Position numbers and translations under genes: made by a program
Notes under the pieces: generated by a model
What the model saw: only the letters and a program-made list of their open reading frames with translations
The model's database searches: none
Told to the model about the DNA's origin: nothing
In this document: positions 46,801 through 58,800 of the stretch, in pieces
Numbering within the stretch: position 1 is the first letter of the stretch
Layout of the letters: the number at the start of each line of letters is the position of its first letter
From: Antedon mediterranea
Lineage: Eukaryota; Animalia; Echinodermata
Assembly (NCBI RefSeq): GCF_964355755.1
Contig: NC_092677.1
Span: 1,696,101 to 1,760,100 of the forward strand
DNA length: 64,000 nucleotides
Reading direction: 5' to 3'

Positions 46801-49800
46801 ATTGCTTACATTTGTTGTACTTTGTTGCTAAGCAACCACACAGTTGTTAAGTGTCTGGGTAAATAAAAAGTGATATCAGTAGTGATCAATTGTTCGTTCA
46901 TGCATATCATAGAAATCTAATAATTGAAATGGATATTGCGCAAGGTGTGATCTGCAATATGATCATTCATTTATTTATACTAAACTGTAGGTTGACTGAC
47001 TGCAGTTAATTAATCAGTAAGATTAATTTATATTCTTTATGAGAGAATATTACAAATGTTACATATATTAATTATATATAATGTTATTGCTTACCGCATA
47101 CTCCTTCACAGCAACCATTTAATTTGGTACTACACAAAACACAGAGTACAACAATTGCTTATTAAACATTAACATGATTATGAAATATATTAATTGCTCA
47201 CGTTGAGTACATGAACTACTCAATGGTAACTAATTAATAGAATCTAGTTTACATGTCAAATAACAACATTAGGGAGGTTTCGCAATCTTAACAAATGTGT
47301 GACGTTATCGTAAGGTTGCGGAAACCTCCCTAGTGTCAAACATTTATATTTTGACTGGAAAATTATTACTTTTATGTTGAACCAATGATTCAGACACAAA
47401 TGGTATTATAAATAACTTAGAGATGTTTCGTTAATATACTGTCAAATTCTTCAAACTACTGTTTGGAATGGTCTGTAGTCTTGGAACCAGATGAATTTAT
47501 TTAATATATTTTTATTTTGGTATACTGAATGTATAGACTTATTTTATTATTTAAAATTAAAGCTCCATTTTCAAAATATCATTATTACAGTTGCTTTGGT
47601 GAAGAATATACAAAAATGGGTTGTAATGTGGGAGAATATAACACCAACAGTGGCTCTTCAAGTGATGCTGACTGTCAGGTATGTAACTATAAATAGGGAG
47701 TTTTCGATGGGTCCTAAGAAGTACTAGGTATGTCATGTTATTTCATTGTGGGGATGTGCTTCCTCGATTTTGAGGTCCAAAGATAAAAATACCCAACATA
47801 TGCGAGGATTGTTAATCGCAAATCGAAACATCCCCTTAGAAGTCAACAGTGGATTTACACATTTGATACTTATTTTTGTATTATTATTATTAATTCAAAT
47901 CTCTCCTGAAAACTCACCCTATTTCAATTAGTTATTCTTTTCACTGTGAGGCTCCGATAAAGAGCGCTTTATAAGTATTCAATTATGTTTATAATTAAAA
48001 AGTAAATAATTCTCAACTGTCGTATTTACGGTTCATGAAATTAAAAATCAAAATGCTCTCCTAAGCAAAACAGTCACTTAATCTAAGAAAACAGAAGCTG
48101 AATCACTGCTGCTGATAACTTAATGAATTTCCTTAAATTGACATTCAAAAGAAGTGTTTGAAGGCTTAATTGTTCTCTTGTCTATAAATAGGCCCATGTT
48201 CTGAAAGGCTTATTGTAGAGGTGGGAGGGGCTCTACTCTTTGTGTATTGTTTCGACTGAATGGTTGTTTATAATTGTTATGTAATACATTGTTTGTTTCA
48301 ATTGGATCTGTTTGTAAATCCAAACATCAGCATGTGCAAGCAAGGTTCTGCACAGGAAAATGATAATTTATTATTAATTTCAATCGTAGTTATTTTATTT
48401 TTAATCGTAATTATTTTATTTACCTCCCAAATATTCTTAAATAGAGTTGTGATGCTGGTACATACAGCACTGCAGGTCAAGGATCATGCACAATATGCCC
48501 TGCTGGTTACTCATGCGATGTCAGTAATGGTTCCACGTCCACCTGTGGAAGTGGCTCATATTCATTGGCAGGGGAACTTGTTTGCACCCCTTGTCCAACT
48601 GGTTACTACTGTGCAGATACAAGCAATTCGCCACTTGTAAGTGATTATAATTGTTTATTATACTGTTGATAAAAAATCTGTGTTATATGGCGCTTAATGA
48701 CGCAAGGCCTCAGAGCACTTCACATTATTACCCCAGTCAGGTTTTAGGTCTACCACGTATGGAAACATCTTCCATAATGTTGTAGCTACAGTAGTAATCA
48801 GCTTAGTTGTGTGTTGACCTTACCATGTTCCCATTTGTACACATGGGTAGAGAGAGGTAAACATAAGTACGTGTCTTGCCTAAGGATACAAGAAATGTGA
48901 AAAGCGTTGGATTCGAACTTGCAATCAGTAATCCATCTACTCCACCAATATCACCATTTTCATAGTTTTTTACAAGATTTAATGTTTTTCAAACTACTTA
49001 TATTTTTAGATGTGTCCAGGTGGTTCGGTACCATCCTCAGATAAGCTTGGATGTGATAAATGTGTAGGAGGTACCTATGCTTACAATGGAACAGTTGACT
49101 GTCAGTTGTGTCCAGAAGGTTAGTTAAAATAATACAAAAAACTGTTTGAGACTACTGTACTGTACTTTGTTTATGTAGAGCATCTTGTGTATATATTTGT
49201 CAACTTTAAGAAGGATATTTAATGGATTTACTGATGGTTATCTTTAGCAATATGCCTAAATATGAATTTTTAAAAAATAACAGATATTTCCCTTTTCTGG
49301 CCCTCTGGTTTTCCTATTCATAAAATCTAATTGTATAATAAACTACTGCAAGTTAATTGTATGGTATCACGATAGCGTATGGATTGAATAAAGTTATTAA
49401 TATTATAACTTAAATTTTTATTCTGCCACAGGTTACAAATGTCCATCCACTGGTATGTCCGAACCTATAGCATGTCCAGATGGAACCTATCAGAATGAGA
49501 CCAATCAGACTGACTGTGAATCTTGCCCAACTGGTCATGAGTGCTCTGACCCAAGTGTTACTCCTAGAGAATGTCCAGCCGGTCAATTCAGTCCTGGTGA
49601 TGCAATCACATGCACATCTTGTGATGCAGGTTTGTCAAATATTATTGAAATATAGTGATACTGTACCTTCCATTACAATCGTGTGCTTCCATGGCCAGAA
49701 AGCTGTAACTGGCCTAGTTTACACTACTAAACTCTGTCTACACTATCAAACTAGTTTGACAACAAAAAGGTTGATGTTCCCAAATATGGTAGTGATATGA

Positions 49801-52800
49801 CATGATTATGTCCATTTATGGGCATATCACATTATTTTGTCACAGAAAGTTTGATAGTGTAGACTGAGCTGTAGACTATAATCAAGATCAGGAGCTAACC
49901 ATTCTACCGCAACCTGGATATCTTGATCCTGCAGGGCCGATCATGATTGGTTATCAAGATAGAAAGTGCTAACAGTTAATGGTTAAGAATTCTTTTAATG
50001 TAAAATAAGAATTACAAAGTATGTCAGATTGTGTAATGACTTGTGTTTTTTGTTAAAACCACTTAGGCCACTACTCAGGACCTGGTTCAGAAGAATGCAC
50101 AATATGCACAGCAGGATACCAGTGCACGCCAACAGTCCAAACAGCCTGTCCAGCTGGCTACTACAGCTTTGATGGGGCAACATCTTGTGACGCATGTCCT
50201 GGGGGATACCACTGTCCAGGAGGAGCTGGCTTTTCACTCTGCTTAGCTGGAACTTATGCCATCAATGGAAGCGATACTTGTGTTCCCTGTGATGCTGGTT
50301 ACGAATGTCCTGTAGACATGATGACCTCACCTATACTATGTCAAACAGGTAATGTTTATAAAACATTTATATAATAAACAATGACAACAAGACATACAGG
50401 TTAATGTTTTTCTTCATTACAGCGCTAATGTAAACATTTTCATAATTAAAAATAAATTATTTTTCAGATATTTAACCTAATCTATTCTTCATATTTCTAC
50501 TAACAAATTTATATAATAATGTTGTGTGGTATACATGTACATAGGTTGGTATTCAGGTTCGGGGGCCAGTGGTTGCACAGAATGCAATGCAGGTTACTAT
50601 TGCTCACTGACCAATCAGACAGCTTGTGAGGCTGGTTACTATAGCGTTGCTGGAGCAACAGACTGTGATGCATGTCTAGGTGGTTATGCATGCTCAGGGG
50701 GAAGTATAACAATTTGCAATGAAGGAACGTATGCAAGAAATGCGAGCGAATCATGTACTCCATGTGACCTAGGTCACGAGTGCCCCATAACAGGCATGAT
50801 CGAACCGTCACCGTGCCCTGAAGGTGAATATTCTTTTTATCTTAACAGGTTCATTGAACTAAATTACATAAAAACTCATACATACATTAATGAGCACTTA
50901 TTAGTCAATTAGGTCTGTTTTCCATGTCCTTTCTCACAACATTTTCGATCAGATGATTCAGAGGTATACATATGCATGTGCGTAAATAACTTTTATTTAC
51001 ACACATTTCTAATGTACAATATAGGTTGGTTTGCAAATGACACAGGCTTAAGCATATGCTATGAATGCAGCGATGGATCATTTTGCACCCCTACATCTGA
51101 ATTGAGCTGTCCCACTGGACAGTATAGCTATGCTGCTTCAAGATCATGCTTTACTTGCCCCGGAGGCTATCATTGTCCCGGGGGAGTAGCTCCTATCCAA
51201 TGCACAGCAGGCTTTTATGCACTAAATGGTAGCTCAGCGTGCAATGAATGTGACGCAGGGTTTATGTGCCCTACTTCTATATTATCAGAGCCAACACCAT
51301 GTTCTGAAGGTGATTTTTATTAATTAATTATTATTCACTAATATTCTTTTCCCTTCATCAATAAAACTTCAAATAATTTGGATACCAATACATTTACGAC
51401 AACTTATAGTCAGCTTTAACCATATTTTTAAAACATTTTAAAAAACAAGGAAAAAAAATTGTAGTCCACTTTTTCTTAAATCATACAAAATATCTTTTGG
51501 TTTTCAACAATTTTGTATGGTCATACTTAGGCTGGTACTCAGGTTCAGGGGCTAGTGGTTGCACAGAATGCGATGCAGGTTACTATTGCTCACTGACCAA
51601 TCAGACAGCTTGTGAGGCTGGTTACTATAGCGTTGCAGGAGCAACAGACTGTGATGCATGTCTAGGTGGTTATGCATGTTCAGGGGGAAGTATAACAATT
51701 TGCAATGAAGGAACGTATGCAAGAAATGCGAGCGAATCATGTACACCATGTGACCTAGGTCACGAATGCCCTGTAACAGGCATGTCAGGACCATCAATGT
51801 GCCCTGAAGGTGAATAACTCCCCACAATTTTGATATAAATTATTTTCAAGTAAAATTTGATTTAACTATAGATAAAAAACATTACAAATTCACAACATGA
51901 AAACTATTATAGGGCCTTGATACCAATATTAAAAGATCATGTTCAACTTTTCAATGTACTATAGGTTGGTTTGCAAATGAAACAGGCTTAAGCATATGCT
52001 ATGAATGCAGCGAAGGATCATTTTGCACCCCTACATCTGAAATGAGCTGTCCCACCGGACAGTATAGCTATGCTGGCTCAAGATCATGCTTTACTTGCCC
52101 CGGAGGTTATCATTGCCCCGGGGGAGTAGCTCCTATCCAATGCACAGCAGGCTTTTATGCACTAAATGGTAGCTCAGCGTGCAATGAATGTGACGCAGGG
52201 TTTATGTGCCCTACTTCTATATTATCAGAGCCAACACCATGTTCTGAAGGTGATTTTTATTAATTAATTATTATTCACTAGTATTCTTTTCCTTTTATCA
52301 ATAAAACTTCAAATAATTTGGATACCAATACATTTACGACAACTTATAGTCAGCTTTGACCATATTTTTAAAACACTTTAAAAAACAAGAAAAAAAAATA
52401 GTAGTCCACTTTTTCTTAAATCATACAAAATATCTTTTGGTTTTCAACAATTTTGTATGGTCATACTTAGGCTGGTATTCAGGTTCAGGGGCTAGTGGTT
52501 GCACAGAATGCGATGCAGGTTACTATTGCTCACTGACCAATCAGACAGCTTGTGAGGCTGGTTACTATAGCGTTGCTGGAGCAACAGACTGTGATGCATG
52601 TCTAGGTGGTTATGCATGTTCAGGGGGAAGTATAACAATTTGCAATAAAGGAACGTATGCAAGAAATGCGAGCGAATCATGTACACCATGTGACCTAGGT
52701 CACGAGTGCCCTGTAACAGGCATGTCAGGACCATCAATGTGCCCTGAAGGTGAATAACTTTCCACAATTTTGATATAAATTATTTTCAAGTAAAATGTGA

Positions 52801-55800
52801 TTTAACTATAGATAAAAAACATTACAAATTCACAACATGAAGACTATTATAGGGCCTTGATACCAGTATTAAAAGATCATGTTTAACTTTTCAATGTACT
52901 ATAGGTTGGTTTGCAAATCAAACAGGCTTAAACATATGCTATGAATGCAGCGAAGGATCATTTTGCACCCCTACATCTGAAATGAGCTGTCCCACCGGAC
53001 AGTATAGCTATGCTGGCTCAAGATCATGCTTTACTTGCCCCGGAGGCTATCATTGCCCCGGGGGAGTAGCTCCTATCCAATGCACAGCAGGCTTTTATGC
53101 ACTAAATGGTAGCTCAGCTTGTAATGAATGTGACGCAGGGTTTATGTGCCCTACTTCTGCATTATCAGAGCCAACACCATGTTCTGAAGGTGACTTTCAT
53201 TAATTGCTTTAAAAATAAATTTTTCATCAAAATATTCCATTCTATTTATCTTTTGGTATACTTTCAGTATTTGAATATATTCCAATATTTCAGATATCAG
53301 TTTAAAAATCATTTCATTTGCATTTAAAATTTACTATTTCATCTTCAAAACTTTTATTCATAATTGTTGGTTCTTAAACTTTGCGAATGTTTGATTGCTT
53401 AGGCTGGTATTCAGGTTTGGGGGCCAGTGGTTGCACAAAATGCGATGCAGGCTACTATTGCTCACTGACCAATCAGACAGCTTGTGAGGCTGGTTACTAT
53501 AGCGTTGCTGGAGCAACAGACTGTGATGCATGTCTAGGTGGTTATGCGTGCTCAGGGGGAAGTATAACAATTTGCAATGAAGGAACGTATGCAAGAAATG
53601 CGAGCGAATCATGTACACCATGTGACCTAGGTCACGAGTGTCCTGTAATAGGCATGATCGAACCTTCACCGTGCCCTGAAGGTGAATATACTTAAGAACA
53701 TATATAAAAACCCCTGTATCTAAAGCATACACACATTTTAACATAACAAGAAATTATAATCCTATAAAGAACTATTGACAAAGTTTTTCCCATAATACTT
53801 AATGATTTTAACCTATCAATAGTATACGGTTATATAAAAAAACATTTTTAACTTTCCAATATACTCTAGGTTGGTTTTCAAACGAAACAGGCTTAAGCAT
53901 ATGCTATGAATGCAGCGAAGGATCATTTTGCACCCCTACATCTGAAATGAGCTGTCCCACCGGACAGTATAGCTATGCTGGCTCAAGATCATGCTTTACT
54001 TGCCCCGGAGGCTATCATTGCCCCGGGGGAGTAGCTCCTATCCAATGCACAGCAGGCCTTTATGCACTGAATGGTAGCTCAGCTTGCAATGAATGTGACC
54101 CTGGATATGAATGTCCAGTTGTTGGATTATTTCAGCCAATGATATGTCCTGAAGGTGATTTTCATGAAATATAAATATTTTGCATGTTAGCATTTTTCAG
54201 TGTACGCATATACGTATTTTGTATGCCGCTTGCGTACCATTCTCGGTGTATTGCTTATGTACCATTCGCAGTGTATTTCTTACAAACCATTCTCAGTGTA
54301 TTGCTTGCATACCATTCGCAGTGTATGGCTTACGTACCATATTACCATTCTCAGTGTTTCTTCCGCTTTTACTTGTGTACCATTCCAAATGCTTCATAAA
54401 TATATCTACCAATAATTATTATTTTTTTATAATGCTTTATTTCCTTTAATAATAAATGTTTTCATTTCAGTTATTTTTTAATGTTTTGTTATAAAAAACT
54501 TTCTTAATCAACTAATTTAGTTTGTTGTTGTCTTTGTTCAGGTATATTACAGTTTATCATTGTGTACATAGCTATGCATTACATTTTGCAGTAACACTTT
54601 TATTTTAATACTATATTTACTGGTTCTTATTTTGTTTACATTTCAGTTGCATAAATTGAATCCATGTGTACATTGCATCAGTATTTATTTATTATGCTAT
54701 TATTTAATATTCATTTTATTTTTGTATATTTGCTTAATGTATTATATCTTTAATTTCAACATTTTTAAAAATTAAGGAATGAAAATATAGATTTTTAAAT
54801 AAATTAATTGTACTAAAAGTTTATATCCAATCAAAAAGAACTTTAAAATGTCAAGATTACTAACCACATTTGAATATGAAAATGTGTTGTAGGCTGGTAT
54901 TCAGATTCCGGGGCAACAGAATGTACAGAGTGCAATGCAGGTTATTATTGTTCATTAACCAATCAGACAGCTTGTGAGGCTGGTTACTATAGTTATGCCG
55001 GAGCAACAGAGTGTATGCCATGCCTAGGTGGTTATGAATGTTCAGGGGGTGGTTCAAATCCTGTACTGTGTACAACTGGTAACTTTAGTAAGAATGGAAG
55101 TGACAGTTGTCAAGTATGTGATATGGGATATTACTGCCCAACATCTGGACTGTCGGAGCCTATTTTATGTCAAGAAGGTAAGAGTATAATTGTTTTATAT
55201 ACTGTTGCTGGTTATTTGTATTATATTTATTTCAGTTGTATTATTTGAAATAAACCTATAACTTTAAAAAATATTTTCATTGAAGGACAATTTTCCAACG
55301 AAACTGGACTCCAATCTTGTTACCAATGTGAGGAGAACCACTACTGCGACCTGACCTCATCAACAGAGTGCAACCCTGGATACTATAGCTTTGCTGCTTC
55401 CACATCTTGCTCTGCCTGCCCTGGTGGTTATAAGTGTCCTGGTGGTGGGTTAGGCTATGAGATATGTACAGCAGGTTTCTATGCCATGAATGGTAGCGAT
55501 AGCTGTACAGCTTGTGAAATTGGACATGAGTGTCCAGTAGATGGAATGGCTCAACCAACAGTATGTCCTGAAGGTAAGTGGTTTGATTGCAGCACAAAGT
55601 GGTCAGGTTGAAACCATACTTGTGGCTATGGCTCTGATGGTAACTTTCCAAAAGTTTAGGCAGTGATACTCTTATTTTAGAATTAATATGAATGATGAAA
55701 TAATGTTAAAATACATAATGTTGAATTTAACACCATTTATCAATTCTATTTTCTGTTGAAGGTCGCTATGCCAACAATACTGGCTTCACAGCCTGTGAAA

Positions 55801-58800
55801 TCTGCGATAAAAATCATTACTGTAGTGCGACCGAACAGACAGCTTGTGACCCAGGTTTCTATAGCCTAGACGAATCTTCATCATGCTTACAGTGTCCTGC
55901 GGGTTATTCATGCTCGGGGCACGGGTCAGGTCGTATCATATGTACTGCAGGAACTTATTCATACAATGGTAGTTCATCTTGTACACCTTGTGAAATTGGT
56001 TATGAATGTCCTGTGGAGGGGCTACAATCGCCGTTGTTGTGTGCTGATGGTGAGTAAGGGTAGTTAATGTACCTTACAATAATGTCTATGTAGACATGTT
56101 CCACACGCTTCCATATGTGCACACGTGTGTGTCGTTATGTATAGTACACGGATATTTAACTAATAATAATTCACGAAATTTTTAACAATTAAAATTGGTA
56201 AAGAACCACTTGGTGAATGGTATTAACATAAACAATTGCTAATGGTAGACGGGTCAAAGTTGATTTGTTGTAGGCTTTTTAATCTAAAATTGGAGCACAA
56301 ATGGTATGGGGCACTTCGTATCTTTTAATTTCACATTTTTTGATTGGTAATCGTTTGCTTAATTTTATTAAACAAGTTACTGGACCCAGAAGAGTTTCCC
56401 CTTAATAGGGGTGTCCAAGAAGTGTTTGGAACTTATTCAGAGTATTGTGTTCCCTTAAAGCTCTGTCTACACTATCAAACTAGTTTGACAAAAAAAGTGT
56501 GATGTGCCCAAATGTGGTAGTGATATGACATCATGTCCATATATAGGCACATCACATTTTTTTGTCACACAAAGTTTGATAGAGAGCTTTACAGTGATGT
56601 CACAGAGGTCACAGTGATGTCACAGAGGTCACAGTGATGTCACAGAGGTCACAGTGATGTCACAGAGGTTCTATTGTACTGTTTTTACAATGCAAACTTT
56701 CACACAATTATTTGCACTAATTTCTAACTTTTGAACACACCAGGTTTTTTCTCAAATGTGACTGGTCTTACTGAATGCTACAGCTGTGAAGAAGGCTATG
56801 AGTGCTCCCTCAAAAGTTCCAATCCATGTTCACCGGGCTATTATAGCTTTGCCGAGTCTCTAAACTGTCTTCCGTGTCCAGGAGGTTTTGAATGTCCTGG
56901 GGGTTCCGCTCCGTTGCTATGCGAAGCAGGAACATACGCTTTCAATTCAAGTGATGTTTGCGAAGATTGTGAAGCTGGATTCCAATGCCCTTATGAAGGA
57001 ATGAGCAGTCCAATACAATGTCAAGAAGGTGATTGGTCAATCAATGTGCCCTAAACATGTGTTTCAGTTATCATCACATGTGCCTTGAAAATGTATTCAC
57101 AGTATTTTGTTTCATTTGCATTAGTGAATGTACAGTATATATTTTGTTCAATATGCTTTTTATCAATCATTGCATTACTAACAATTAATGTCTTTGCATT
57201 TGTTTACTAACATTAATCATAAACATTATTATTTTCAGTTTTTCATGTTATTTTGTATTGTTATACATTTTTCGTCATATTTCATTTCAGAATTTTTGTT
57301 TTCATTTATTTGTATCAGAGTTAGAAAGTGTGTTTATGTTTTACATATGTCAGTCATTTTATTTCGTCCTCTTTTGTTCAGTAATATTTATTAATTTTAG
57401 AAAATTGTCATTTCAGATTATGTATTTGTGTTTTAATTTACAATGTTTATTTGTATATAGATTAGAGATTTGCATATTTATATATAGTTCTATATTATTA
57501 TTATTACTATTATTCACTTGTAAAATGGTTTAGTTTATTTAGTCATTGTAATGTAATCCAGTTTTACATTCAACTCTCCCAAAACCAGACATCATTGAGC
57601 TGGCTCAAAATGTTGTGGTTTACTAGAAACTATATGTGGCCATATTAACCATTCATATTTTGACTAAACATCTAATAAATAAGCATTTTAAATAGCAGCT
57701 TTATTCTGGTTTAGGGACAGTTAACTGTTTTGTAATGTAAAAATATATTATGCTATGTCATTTCATTCCAATGAAAAATTACAATTCCAACACTACCAGT
57801 GAATTCAATATTCATCACTATCTGTATTCATTTTTTAGGTTACTATGCCAACAATACAGGATCCACCGAATGTACAGAATGTCCAGCTGGGTGGAAATGC
57901 CCGTCACCGCATCTTACCCCTATTGTTTGTATCCGTGGAACCTACAGTAAGGCAGGAGCGTCAAACTGCTCCACTTGTCTAGCCGGCGAGTATGCTAACT
58001 CAACAGGTAAGTGTGACATTTAATTGACGGCCTTTTCCATTATTCAATGCCAAAACCACATTCATCACTTCTGAAACAAGATCTGCTAAATACTGAATGT
58101 GTCATTTATTTTCCAAGGACCCAAACTCATTCCTAACATTTAAAGTGAATAAAAACAGGTATTTCGTGTCCAGTTTGGAGACAACAGCAGACTGTATTAC
58201 ATTTGAAATAAAACTGTCTCTGCCTGATATTAAATGACATCACAAATTTAATTTAATTCTGTATTTACCTGTATATGCCTATATGATGGCGTTTATACAG
58301 TAGCTACCGGATTCAAAAATCTAGTAGATCTAGAAAAGATGTTAAGTTATTTTAAAGTGAATTTTGCTTTGTTGTGTAGGTCTAACAGACTGTGAAACCT
58401 GTCCAAGCGGGTACTACTGTGAAAACACAATGGCGGATCCAATGCTTTGCTTACCAGGAACATTCAGGTAAATGATTATATAACCTTTCCCACTAGAGCT
58501 GCAGTGTAAAGATATAGACACAACCGTACGCAAGCAAGTTCACCAATGACAACTGACATTTCAAATCATATGTTGCACATCATACGTCTCTATGATATTG
58601 ATGATATTACATTTCTTGTTTTTTTATTATAGCGCTGATGGGGCAACTTACTGTAGCCCCTGTCCTGAAGGATCTTATGCTGATAGTACAGGGCAAGAAG
58701 ACACATGTACAGCTTGTCCAGCTGGAGCAGCATGCATGGATCCTCAGCAAAGTAGGCCTACATGTTGCTTTCAAAAATTTAAACAGTACACATCAATGTC

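Noticed and set aside
50545-54154. Dscam-style mutually exclusive exon cluster
   Set aside because: The exons alternate A/B and join in frame as serial modules, and they are too similar to provide diversity. I saw no docking or selector sequences.
50509-55651. Repeated His/Leu-rich minus-strand ORFs
   Set aside because: They are antisense shadows of the duplicated Cys-rich exons.
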